Source of the DNA: Mobula hypostoma
Lineage: Eukaryota
Direction of reading: 5' to 3'
NCBI RefSeq assembly: GCF_963921235.1
Contig: NC_086097.1
Coordinates: 242,174,001 to 242,238,000, forward strand
Length of the DNA: 64,000 nt
Of this stretch, positions 38,201 to 49,529 are shown piece by piece. The notes beneath the pieces were generated by a model. The model had not been told where the DNA came from and made no database searches. It saw nothing but the letters and a program-made list of their open reading frames with translations. Positions within the stretch are counted from its first letter, which is position 1. Each line of letters starts with the position of its first letter. Both the position numbers and the translations under genes were made by a program.

Positions 38201-40191
38201 CTAACGTGGCTGCCTCTTTCTCATCGAGGTAGGGTCTCATACCCTCAGGGACACAACCTTTAAACTGCTCAATCAGAATCAGCTGCAGCAGTCTGTCATA
38301 ATCCCCCTCTACCCCTTTCGAGGCGCACCAACGCTCACAATATGTTTGCATCTCGCGAGCAAACTCCAAATACGTGCGGTCCCACCGCTTCCTCGCATTC
38401 CGGAACCTCTGCCGGTATGCCTCCGGGAGCAACTCATAAATCCTGAGGATGGCCTCCTTCACCACCTCATACTTCTGGGCATCTTCCGCGGATAAAGCTG
38501 AGTAAGCTTGTTGGGCTTTCCCTTTCAGTACACTCTGAAGTAAAACAACCCACTTATCCCTCGGCCAGTCCTGACTTATAGCTACTTTTTCGAAGTGGAG
38601 AAAGTACCGATCCACATCGGTATCGTCAAATGGGGGAACCAGCCTAACCTCCTGGGTCGCCCGGAACCCTCCACCTTGGTTCGGCACGAGCCCCTGCTCG
38701 GCCCTTATCTTTAACTTCTCCAGCTCAAATTCCCTTTCCCTCTGTTTCTCCTCTCTCTCCAACTGTCTGTCCCTCTCTCTCTCTTCTCTCTCCAACTGTC
38801 TGTCCCTCTCTCTCTCTTCTCTCTCCAACTGTCTGTCCCTCTCCTGCCTTTCTACCTCTCTCTCTTTCTCCTGCCTTTCTAACTCTCTCTCTTTCTCCTG
38901 CCTTTCTAACTCTCTCTCTTTCTCCTGCCTTTCTAACTGCCGTACCCGGAACTCGTGCTCGAGTCTCAGTTTTTCAAGCTGTACCTGTACCGCGTCTCCA
39001 GCAGGTTTTTCAATAGACACCTCCCCCAGCTCACCTTGGGGAAACACACCTTTAGATACATAGTGCTCTACAATAGCTCTGTGTATCTCCTCTCTCCTCA
39101 TTGTCGACTTCACCTTAGCAAGATTCACCCGTTTGGCCACAGCTATCAATTCCGATTTCCTGGCATCCTCTAATGCCTCCAAGGTCGGCGCCTTTATAAA
39201 TTCCTCAACCTCCATTTCTGCTGTTTGTCTTTTCTTTCTTTCGGGAATTTTAACCCAATCAATTTACTCCGTCCCAAATTTAGCGTTCAAAATCGCGGAC
39301 GAGAACCCCACTTATGTTACGTACCCCGTAACTGGGTTGCCAAACCAGCAGAAATGGATCACTCAGTTGGAGTCTGGAGTACTAGAACTAAGAAAGTTTT
39401 ATTACAGAAACAAGCAACACAGTAATCGAAAGGATAATAAATGCAACAGTTCAGTGATGATAAACACACGTGCACAGAATTAAGATAACAGCATCAATCA
39501 AGCTCTATCGTTGTCTAGGGGTAAATGACCAATTTCAAAATGACTCAAAGTTCAGTCCAGTTTAGTAGTTCAGTTCGCAGTAATCGTTGCCATGGCGGTG
39601 GACAACGTGGGGGAAGAGAGAGATAGAATAGGAACAACTCATCATTCAGAACGGCTTCACTCACAGACCAGCAAGATGGCTCACAGACCAGCGAGATGGC
39701 TCACAAGCAGCTTTTGGGCGGGTCCTTGGTGATGTCACCTGAGGTCACCGACTGTGACCCCTCCTCCAGATGCGGTCGATCCTCTGCAGTGAACCCGGTA
39801 CCCAGGCAAGGGCGGACACACACCGGGTTCCCGCTGATCGTACCTTTCCACCCTGTGCGTTGTCTGATACTTCTCACCACTCGTGAGAGGCGCACCGCTT
39901 CCAGGGTCTCGTTACCTCGGGTGGCGTGTGTGTCTGTCTTAGCGAACCTGTCCCTTTTTATCCCCCTGCTGGGGTATCGCCTGTCCATCACTTCAAACAG
40001 TTCAGGGTTCAAAGGGGGGAGCCGCTCCAGACAGCTTTCTCTCCCACATCCCTTCATTACACATCTCCAGACGCTGCTCCATTGTTCCTTATCTCTCCTT
40101 CCCCTGAGGGCAGGTGGCAGACCAACTGCTGATGCCACTGATGCTAGCCCAGGCCAGCAAACATCTTAATTTTATGTGTATTCTCGTAACA
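35277..40191 (-). mobile_element. Gmr1-like Gypsy LTR element, non-autonomous, single ORF
   Basis: Highly similar LTRs 35277-36136 and 39315-40191 (TGTTACG..CGTAACA); PPT AAAGGGGGGAAG at 36137-36148; PBS TGGGGTTCTCGTCCGCGAT (tRNA-Pro-like with mismatches) at about 39292-39310. Confidence 0.95.
36309..39215 (-). CDS. 968-aa Gag(SCAN-like)-CCHC-protease polyprotein with vestigial integrase and RT
   Basis: Uninterrupted ORF: E/R/K coiled coil, VPPFDDTDVDRYFLHFE capsid, LILIEQF..LADEY SCAN-like domain, CYNCGKVGHFASRC, WRDTGA protease, AHEVPPGGHF integrase remnant, NLEKNEFG..VTYLG and LEMVGYCRKF RT remnants. Confidence 0.93.
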   Translation of the reverse strand: MEVEEFIKAPTLEALEDARKSELIAVAKRVNLAKVKSTMRREEIHRAIVEHYVSKGVFPQGELGEVSIEKPAGDAVQVQLEKLRLEHEFRVRQLERQEKERELERQEKERELERQEKEREVERQERDRQLEREERERDRQLEREERERDRQLEREEKQREREFELEKLKIRAEQGLVPNQGGGFRATQEVRLVPPFDDTDVDRYFLHFEKVAISQDWPRDKWVVLLQSVLKGKAQQAYSALSAEDAQKYEVVKEAILRIYELLPEAYRQRFRNARKRWDRTYLEFAREMQTYCERWCASKGVEGDYDRLLQLILIEQFKGCVPEGMRPYLDEKEAATLAATAKLADEYALTHKMKVAPSKGYQKGSQDGGESPPEKSESKPGTSEKDKVDREQSGRKSPGVVCYNCGKVGHFASRCFAPRKETGKGKAEILNGCIELLSEPLGKDRSEKVQEGRERFISAGLVSVKERLKPVPVRIWRDTGACQSLILKSVLEFSSETQIGEVEVKGVGEGTESVPLHQIHLQSNLVSGLVTIGVRSELPMKDVEVLLGNDIAGGIVFPVVRLTGQPASMEAPPAMVNLAETFLPTLYETGCSEIRGSEGAGTDVAVARKEFVQTQERDEGLMVFAETALSDTALTSYCADEEVLRKKGKSSTASADEEWGVVQKSYGDEVFNMAHEVPPGGHFAVLEETVGGIMKESYRLPRGKNVIDHDRRELRRSPAFDMLTNLVGVSVEINEARGPLLREKNHFEKIRMGSVRWEKAIVLARSTDKVSPLIPEGVIKRLAPMCLIVPRKCKELGRWVMSVTIGQPSKQHPYFLSNSVTKGLMNTEVCIGNLIRLSEGSLIVNLEKNEFGHTRVTYLGIVVTQGQLAVMQATVQAIADLPTPTDKRALRRLLEMVGYCRKFCNNSAVNTRPPPTKPLREKIESEWDDPCYCGPGQNQMRGYIGRNSSVSLATMKFAELEPGLRDY

Positions 40192-40327
40192 ACTCACAGA
40201 GTTTTCACCTTCACACAAATGAACTCATTATACCTGCCACTAATTCCTTTATTACCCCTCCTGACCTTGGCTCTAAGGTTTGGGTTCACACACACACACA
40301 GAGTTACAAGAATCACCCCTTGTAATA

Positions 40328-41655
40328 CTAGACAATAGACAATAGTGCAGGAGTAGGCCATTTGGCCCTTCGAGCCAGCACCACCATTCACTGTGATCAT
40401 GGCTGATCATCCACTAGCAGTATCCAGTTCCTGCCTTATCCCCATAACCTTTGATTCCGCTATCTTTAAGAGCTCTATCCATCTCTTTCTTAAAAGCATC
40501 CAGAGACTTGGCCTCCACAGCCTTCTGGGACAGAGCATTCCATATATCCACCACTCTCTGGGTGAAAAAGTTTTTCCTCAACTCTGTTCTAAATGGCCTA
40601 CCCCTTATTCTTAAACTGTGGCCTCTGGTTCTGGACTCACCCATCAGCAGGAACATGCTTCCTGCCTCCAGCGTGTCCAATCCCTTAATAATCTTATATG
40701 TTTCAATAAGATCCCCTCTCAGCCTTCTAAATTCCAGAGTATACAAGCCCAGTCACTCTAATCTTTCGACATATGTCAGTCCCGCCATCCCGGGAATTAA
40801 CCTTGTGAAACTGCGCTGCACTCCCTTAAAAGCAAGAATGTCCTTCCTCAAATTTGGAGACTAAAACTGCGTACAGTACTCCAGGTGTGGTCTCATCAGG
40901 GCCCTGTACAGCTGCAGAAAGACCTCTTTGCTCTTATACTCAATTCCCTTTGTTATGAAGGCCAGCATGCCATTAGCCTCTTCACTGCCTGCTGTACCTG
41001 CATGCTTGCTTTCAGTGACTGATGTACAAGAACACCTAGATCTCGTTGTGCTTCCCCTTTTCCTAACTTGACTCCATTTAGATAATAATCTGCCTTCCCG
41101 TTCTTACCACCAAAGTGGATAACCTCACATTTATCCACATTAAACTGCATCTGCCATGCATCTGCCCACTCACCCAGCCTGTCCAAGTCACCCTGCATTC
41201 TCATAACATCCTCCTCACATTTCACACCGCCACCCAGCTTTGTGTCATCGGCAAATTTGCTAATGTTACTTTTAATTCCCTCATCTAAATCATTAATATA
41301 TATTGTAAACAGCTGCAGTCCCAGCACTGAACCCTGCGGTACCCCACTGGTCACCGCCTGCCATTCTGAAAGGGACCCGTTAATTGCTACTCTTTGTTTT
41401 CTGTCAGCCAGTCAATTTTCAATCCATGTCAGTACTCTGCCCCCAATACCATGTGCCCTAATTTTGCCCACTATGTGGGACATTATCAAAGGCTTTCTGA
41501 AAGTCCAGGTACACTACATCCACTGGCTCTCCCTTGTCCATTTTCATAGTTACATCTTCAAAAAATTCCAGAAGATTAGTCAAGCACGATTTCCTCTTCG
41601 TAAATCCATGCTGACTTGGACCGATCCTGTTACTACTATCCAGATGTGTCGTAAT
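40328..41655 (-). mobile_element. CR1 LINE 3' portion (second subfamily)
   Basis: [13 protein letters not shown] (40953-41354), RRLRGDLIETYK..TRGHSL (40414-40746), (TATTGTC)n tail at about 40330. Confidence 0.92.
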
Positions 41656-42397
41656 GATCAGTGAAGCACAGAGAATCTGTATTTACTGACAAGTACTTTT
41701 ATTGTCGCAACTAAACAGCACGTAGGTTTCACAAACTGTCTCCATGTGCACCCCACTAGAATCCCTGACCTTCCATGAGCAGTCAGTGAAAAGAAGAAGT
41801 ATTACCCGGGAAATGAGTCTATGCTGGCCAGGCGTTCCTCATGGTCCCGATCTCCACGTGTCTGTGGGGACCTCCTTATTCACGATAGATTGCTGGAGAG
41901 TTATCGCCCCGATGTGTTTGGAGCTCCTGACTCTTATCGTGTTCCTCGTCAATTGAACTGGTGGATTTCCATTTCATTGGCTCGAGGTCACCTGACCTAC
42001 CTGGGTCACCTTTTCACTGGTCATTGTAGAGGGCTACAACCAACATTGTTTTATAGTTCTGCCTGCGCTCCCCCACCCCACCCCAGCCTTGTGTATTTGT
42101 GTCTTTCAACTCTGGTCCAAACCAGTTAAATGAGGCAACCCAGACAGAGTGCAATGAGATTACAGATTGTTTCTTTGGTAGGCCTGGCATTTATATAATA
42201 AGTAGATACTCATCTGAGAATAGTCTCAGGTTTAGCAGGTTATTACCTGAAGTTCATCGGGTTCCACGTTCAGTTGTTCTGATTAGATTATCCAAGAGAA
42301 AGGATCAGTTCAGAGTCCACAAAATGGGGGGAAACAGAAACAACTGGTTTGTCTGCTTCCCCTGTCTGTGATTAGACTGCAGTTTCTTCTGGCCAAC

Positions 42398-42437
<40 letters not shown>

Positions 42438-42486
42438 TTTACAAACACACTTCTATGAAGGTATTGTGAACAAGTGTACACCGCAC

Positions 42487-42556
42487 CTCCCGATATCCAA
42501 ACCAGTAGGACAGTCATCCTGTCACGCTGAATTTTCCTGGAAGCTGATCTGTTTGC
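42487..42556 (-). CDS. Candidate internal exon 3 of the small host gene
   Basis: Acceptor GTGTACAG (weak tract), donor GAG|GTGCGG; 70 nt, phase 0 to 1; ANRSASRKIQRDRMTVLLVWISG(G). Confidence 0.42.
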
Positions 42557-43453
42557 CTGTACACCCAGATACAGACTTTATATCTGCCTCTTCCTACATC
42601 CACTCTGTTCTCATTTACTGTGTATGCCACAAACCCATGGTCATTGGCTCAAAATGATCCAATTGCAGAGGCAAATTTCAAAAGAGTTAGTTATGTTACA
42701 GTGAAGATTCATAAACTGACCACAGTATTTGTAAATTGAGGACTTAAGGTATTGTGTTGACGTCATGTCTCCTGATTTAAGGAAGGATGTAATTATATTC
42801 ACCTTAGTAAAATCACCCCTTCATTCTCCTAAGCTCCAATGTAGGTAATCCAAAGTTGCTCATTATTTCCTTAAGACATGGGAGCAGAATTAGGCCATTC
42901 AGCCCATTGAATCTGCTCCACCATTCTATCATGGCTGATTTATTATCTCTCTTAACTCCATTCTCCCGCTGTCTCCCTGTAATTTTTCACGTCCTGACTA
43001 ATCAAGAAAGGTATCAACCTCCGCTTTAAATATGCCCAATGACTTGCCCTCCATGGTCACCAGTGGCAATGAATTCCACAGATTCACCACTCTCTGGCTA
43101 AAGAAATTCCTCCTCATCTCTTTTCTAAAAGGATGTTCCTCTATTCTGAGGGGGTACCCTCTGGTCCTAGACTCCCCTGCTGTAGGAAACAGCCTCTCCA
43201 CATCCACTCTATCTAGGTCTCCTTGTTCTACAATACTCTGCAGGGTCCTACCACTCACTGTGAAAGTCCTTCCACCCGTTGTCTTCCCAAATGCAACATC
43301 TCAGACTTATCTGAATTAATTCCATTTGTTAACCAGCTGTTCAAGATTTTTCTGTAGATCCTTATATCCATCTTCACTGTTAATGATATCACCTATTTTA
43401 GTGACATCTGCTATCTTAATAACCATGCCCTGCACCCAAGTCATTGATATAGA

Positions 43454-46400
43454 TGTAATAGCTTCGCCGTAATATTCACTGCTGAGGTAACGGTTTCTCT
43501 GTTGCAGCAATGTTTGGGTTATGGCTGAAGATAACAGGACTGTACTATGCATGTTAACCAATTGGGGATTGTTGTTTTGTCTTGTGTATCTGGAAGGATA
43601 TTGTTTTCGCGGTCTTTTGTCGAGGAGAGATGAAGAGGGAAGACGCGTGTGGTGAGAGCTGGTAGACCACCGGATGGAGTGGACTGGAATCTGAGGGTCC
43701 AAAGGTCGGTGACGTTCGGAGGAGACCAATGGTGGAAGAATGAATTCTGAGTGAGCTCCAGTGTAACTTTGACTAGACTTGGGCCCTTTGTTCTGTTTAT
43801 TTTCATTACTAACCTTATATTCAGATTAAAATTAATAAAGTTCTATCATTTAATTGCATATGGTGTACTGTCTGATATTTTGCATTGGGGGTTTGTAACT
43901 GGGGAGTACATTACACAGCATCCACACAAATGTGATTACCCAGTTTGGTGGGGTGGAAGGCTGTTTCCCCTAGACGAACACGAGCTGGGCGAGCCTGAGG
44001 GTTACAATTGTGGGGGCTCGTCCGGGATTGCCAGTAATTACTGCGTGTGTGTTGAGTGGGGTGGATATTCGTACCCCAGATGAATTGTTAATTCAATTTT
44101 TGAGTATGGTTAAAGCTGTTGGCAAAGTTGAAATCGTAGTGTGAAAGTTTGATAAAATGGTGGGCTCAGACCTTGTTTTAGTTCAGACTAGCGCTGACAT
44201 AATGGCGATGGGACTGCCAGCATCTATTGGTGCCCCAGGTGAGGCAGGGCCTCAGCCTGTCCATACTGTCAGGGAGGAGGAGAAGGGAGCCCAGCAGGCT
44301 GGGTCACTAGCCAAGTTGCCCGCAGTTGGAGGTGGAGATTTCAGAGACAGGGTTCTATCATTTCTGAGGAGTGAAGGGAAAGAGTGGTCGGATTTGGAAA
44401 GTTTAATTAGTCCCCATTCCCCAGTGAAGAGTGAGGGTTCTGAGTTGGCAACAGCCCTTACCTCTCTGGTGAATAAGTGGCCCAGTGCACAGGCAGCAGG
44501 TCCTCGCCGGAAGCTGAGAATTTTCTCTGGAATTACGTCCATCCCCGAGGGGGAAGAGGAGCATGAGACGTGGGTGGAGAAGACCTCTCAGTTGTTAGAT
44601 GAGTGCCAGTGCTCTGATGACGAAAAGCGACAGAGATTGGTTGAAAGTTTGAAGGAGTTGGCGGCTGATGTAGTAAGAGGCGTGACCATTAACCAGCCCT
44701 CTGCTCCCCTTGCTGAGTACCTAGACACATTAGAGAACGCTTTTGGTATGACAGGGAGCCCACTGGAGCTCCTGGTGGGGTTTCAAAACATGCATCAGGA
44801 GAATGGGGAAAAGCTTTCCGAGTACCTTTATCGGCTAGAGAGGCAGCTAAATTGTTTGCGGCGCTGGGGGGTTATTCGGGCGGCTGAGGTGCATAAGTTA
44901 AGGATGGACCAGATAGCCAAGGGCGCCCAGACCCAGGACATGATTGCTTGGGGTCTCCAACTGTCCCGTAAAATGTGCCCCCTTCCTCCTTCATTTGTTC
45001 AGCTGATCAGAGAGGTGCGGGTGGAGGAGAACGTGTGGGGACCATAAGAGGACTCCGTCAGCAGGGTACAGTCCTCGGTAGTAGCCCCTTGTGGTGAAGT
45101 GACCGGGGCCAGCCCAACCCGGGAAATGTAAAGGAGATGGTGGCAGAGCTGAGAACTGAGATGTCCCGGGTGTTAACAGTGGGTGTGGATCCCCTGTATG
45201 ATAGGACTGGTAGAGAGGGCCCCCCCATAAGGGGATGGACTACGCAGAAGGCTGCGGGTGGCTGGGGTTCTGCAAGAAGAGGGGCGGCCGGTAGTGTGTG
45301 CTATAACTGTGGGAAGAGGGACACTTCCGGCGGGAATGCGAGTGGCAGGAAGCCCCTCGGAGAGCGAGCCCCCGGGTATCTAAGCAGGGAGGGGTGTTGG
45401 GAAACCCAGTGAGGAAACGGTCTGGTGTCTCTGGGGGAACACGTTCCCAGCAATGTTCCAAGGAACTCCCGAAAGCAAAAGACCCTATTCCTGAAGGCTT
45501 AGTGGGACCACACTCCAGTGTGTCACTACGGATAGAAGGATTATACGCTAAAGCCATACTCGACACCGAATCGCAGGTCACGTTACTGTACTGTTCGTTT
45601 TACAACCGGTATCTGAAGCATTTACCCTTGACACCATTCAGCGCATTGGAGAATTGGGGTCTCAGTCTGGTGATTATCCATACGATGGTTATTTGTCAGT
45701 GAAACTGGAGTTCTCGGAGGCCGATGTGGGAGTGTCTGAGGTTCTTGATACATTAGTGCTGGTTTGTCCAGACCCTGTTGAGATGGGCGGAGTTTCAATT
45801 CTGGTAGGGACCAACACCCCTCTTGTGAGGTCTCATGGGGGCCTGCAAGGAGAAGGTGGGTGAGAGCTTTTTGGGGACAATGTCCATGCGACCAGGTGTT
45901 TCGGGCTGCTTTTGAGAAGTGTGTGGCCGCACTGGGCTGGGTACCAAATTTAAACGAGGGACTGTGTGGTTCACCCAGTCGAAGCCAATGTTGGTACTGC
46001 CCGAGGAAGTAATGAGAGTGATGGGGACCCCCAAATTTCCAGGAGTGCTTGAGGGTGAAGCCCTCTTAGTGGACGCTCCGGAAGACCTCGAAGGGGAGTC
46101 GAGATTTCCGGCTGGGGTTCTGGTGAGGTCCGAATTGCAGAAGCCCTCGGTTGTACAGGTGAGCAGGATGGCAGTGATTGTCAGGAAAACTACGAAGAGG
46201 GAGGTCACCTTCAAGCGGGGGATGCCTCTGGCACATTTGTTCCCAGTGACGGTAATGTCAAGTGCCCCCGTGAGGCACGCCAGGGGGAAACGATTGGAAA
46301 AGGGGGAAAGTTGACCGCTGAGTCATTCAACTTCGGGGCCTCGCCGGTGCCACCGGGTTGGAAAAGGAGGCCGGTAGAGAAGATGTCGAAGCTGGAAGGT

Positions 46401-48911
46401 GTCTTTTCCATTGGTGAATTTGATGTGGGTTGTTCCAAGAGAACTCGTCACATTATCCGGGTGACTGAGGACATCCCATTTAGACAGAGGTCACGGCGAC
46501 TGGCCCCTGCAGACGTGGAAGATGTGCGGCAGCATTTGTGTAAGTTGAAGGAAGCTGGGATCATCACTGAGTCCCGAAGTCCCTATGCATCCCCAGTAGT
46601 AGTGGCCTGGAAGAAGAACGGGAAGTTACGCATGTGTCTGGATTATAGGACCCTGAACAGAAGTATTGGAGGATTGTGTTGAAGTCACTTCATGATGACT
46701 CTGCACATTTGGGGGTGGAAAAGACCTATGGATTGCTCAGAGAATGGTCTTACTGGCCCCGAATGAAGTTGGAGGTTGAAGAATACTGCAAGTCGTGCAT
46801 TCGCTGCATATGGTGGAAGACACTGCCTATGCGGGCAGCTCCTTTGTCCCACTTGCAGAGTGCAGGGCCCCTGGACCTGGTGTGTATGGATTTCCTGTCC
46901 ATAGAACCCGATGCCAGCAACACGGCAAATGTCTTAGTCATCACGGACTACTACACCAGATTTGCTCAGGCTTTTCCTACCAAGGACCAGAGGCCGACTA
47001 CGGAGGCAAAACTGTTATGAGAGAAGTATTTTGTTCATTATGGCCTTCCCAGGTGGATACATAGTGACCCGGGACGGGACTTCGAGAGCAAACTCATCTA
47101 TGAGTTACTGGGCATTCTTGGAGTTGAGAAGTGGAGGGCCACGCCCTACCACCCGCAGGGCGATCCCCAGCCTGAGAGGTTTAATCGGACCTTGCTAGAC
47201 ATGCTCGGGACCCTGGAGATCAGCAAGAAGAGCAGGTGGAGTCAATATATTGGGCATCTGGTTCACTGTTACAACTATACTCGAAATGAAGCTGCTGAGT
47301 ACTCGCCATATTATCTGATGTTTGGGCACGAGGCGAGGTTGTCCATTGACCTTTGTTTTGGGACTGACGAGGGTGACTTACCACCGAAGCCTTATTTGAA
47401 GTTTGTGTCTGATATGAGGAGAGAGCTGAAAAGGGCTTTTGAATTGGCTGGGGTCGCAGCAGCCAAGCAGAATCAAGGAAATAAGAGGAGGTATGATCAA
47501 AAAGTGAGGTTCTCCCAACTCCTGCCAGCAGACCGAGTCCTCACAAGGAATTTGGGGCTACCTGGAAAGCACAAGTTGGCTGACCACTGGGTGGCCACAC
47601 TCTATGTGGTGGAGAGTCAGATGCCCAACCTACCAGTTTTCCGGGTGAAACAAGAGGAGGGGAATGGGCCTGACAAGATTCGCCATCGGAACCACCTGTT
47701 GCCCCTGGGACAAGAGGTGCAGGTTGACCCAGAGCCTGACTTGGAGCCGACATCTAGTAAGAGCATCTGCGAAAACGCAGGGTGACTGCAGGGCCCACAG
47801 TGGGAGAGGCTGGGCCGGGCCCCGCCCATGAGAGAGATACTGATTCAGAGGGTGATGATCTGGATGTGTGGTACATGCTGCCTTTCACTAACTCCCCATT
47901 GATTGAGGAAGAGACTCCTGGCCCTTCTCCCACTGAGTCAGGTGAAGTGAGCGGGGGGGGCGGGCTATCTGTGGGCAGCCTGGGTTACAGCAGGACGCTG
48001 AAGGAGAGGAAGCTGGGCCTGGACACGGGACAGGGGGCTCCGAGTTGCAGGGGGACACGAGTGATAGATCAGGGGAGGACTCGCCAAGTAGACCCAAACT
48101 ATCCCCAGTAGCGTTTGAGCCTGAAGAGTTAGGTGAAGAGGTACAGAGGTCTCAGAGAATTAGGAGACCACCGGATAGGTTGGCCTATGTAGCGCCTGGA
48201 GAACAGGGTGTGATCTCTACTGTTTTGGAGAGCTATGTCACTGCTTTTTGCACCTGAATTGGGCTTTGTGTTTTGCAGGAAGGGTTGGCAAATTATCTCA
48301 ATATCATGAGGACATGACCAAATTTGGTGGGGGGGGGGGAGAGTGTAACGTGTTGTAAGGTGTCACTGCTAATGTAATGGCTTCTCTGTAATGTTCACTG
48401 CTGAGGTAACGGTTTCTCTGTAACAGCAATGTTTGGGTTATGGCTGGAGATAACAGGACTGTGGTTATGCATGTTAGCTGATTGGAGATTGTTGTTTTGT
48501 CTTGTGTATCTGGAAGGATATCATTTTCGCAGTCTTTTGTCGAGAAGAGATGAAGAGGGAAGACGTGTGTGGAGAGAGCTGGTAGACCAGCGGACGGAGT
48601 GGACTGGGATCTGAGGGTTCGAAGGTCGGCGGCGCTTGGAGATCAATGGTGGAAGAATGACTACTGAGTGAGCTCCAACGTGACTTGGGCCCTTTTTTTT
48701 GTTTATTTTCATTACTAACCCTATATTCAGATTAAGATTCATAAAGTTCAATCATTTAATTGCATATGACGTACTGTCTGATATTTTGCGTTGTGGGGTT
48801 GTAACTGGGGGTACATTACACAGCATCCACACAAACACGACTACCCAGTTTGGCAGGGCCGAAGGATGTTTCCCCTAGACAAACGTGAGCTGGGCAAGCC
48901 TGAGGGTTACA
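43454..48911 (+). mobile_element. Gypsy LTR retrotransposon with PNMA-like gag, internally deleted
   Basis: LTRs 43454-44006 and 48344-48911; TSD TAGA; perfect tRNA-Pro PBS TGGGGGCTCGTCCGGGAT at 44011-44028; G-rich PPT before 48344; protease ILDTES; RT start to LDYRTLNR; integrase VCMDF..ITDYYTR..HSDPGRDFE..ERFNRT. Confidence 0.95.
44157..45047 (+). pseudogene. PNMA/Ma-antigen-like Gag (truncated by a stop before the CCHC)
   Basis: RKLRIFSG..PEGEEEHETWVE..SDDEKRQRLVESL..LENAFG..QENGEKLSEYLYRLE; CYNC knuckle downstream at about 45298. Confidence 0.85.
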
Positions 48912-49052
48912 TAGACAACAAATTGCACTAACCATGGGGAACACCAGTAGTTATGGGCTTATGGGCCTCCTACTCCGAGAAACAGCCTTCCACCATCACC
49001 CTCTGCTTCCTGCCATCAAGTTAGCTCCATACCCAAAAAAAAATATATCCGC

Positions 49053-49320
49053 GGCAGCACGGTACCCTAGAGGCTAGTCGTACCAATGACCTGAGTTCAA
49101 TTTTCACCACTGCCTGTACGTTCTCCTTGTGACCACATGGGTTTCCTCTGGGTGCTCTGGTTTCCTCCCTCAGTTCAAAGACTGACCAGTTGGTAGGTTA
49201 ATTGGTTGTTGTAAATTGTCCCGTGATTAGGCTAGGATTAAATCGGGGGATTGCTGGGTGGCGTGGCTCAAAGGGCTGTTACACACTGTATCTCAATAAA
49301 ATTAAAAAATTAAAATAAAA
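49053..49320 (+). mobile_element. tRNA-derived SINE
   Basis: B-box-like GAGTTCAATT, core GGTTTCCTCTGGGTGCTCTGGTTTCCTCCC, A-rich tail. Confidence 0.75.
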
Positions 49321-49529
49321 AGAGCTCAATCTCTCTGAATCCCATGTGATTCTACTTTCCTAAGCTGTCTAACAAAGTTCAAACTAAATTTATTACCAAA
49401 GTACACAGAGTGTATGTCACCATGTACTACTCAGAGATTCATTGTTTTCCAGGACAAGATCAATGAAACACCACACACAAGTGAAGGCTAGCAAGCAACC
49501 AATGTGCAAAAGAAGACAAACTGTGACAA

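Larger units (their letters stand above)
42875..49020 (-). mobile_element. Old CR1 3' fragment split by the Gypsy element
   Basis: CR1 peptides in 42998-43258 and 43316-43450 (KIADVTKIG); sequence continues after 48912. Confidence 0.8.

Noticed and set aside
36309..39215. Host SCAN-zinc finger gene
   Set aside because: No C2H2 array; bounded by paired LTRs with PBS and PPT.
44157..45047. Domesticated PNMA host gene
   Set aside because: It lies between LTRs with PBS, PPT and TSD and is followed by broken pol; an ordinary retrotransposon gag.
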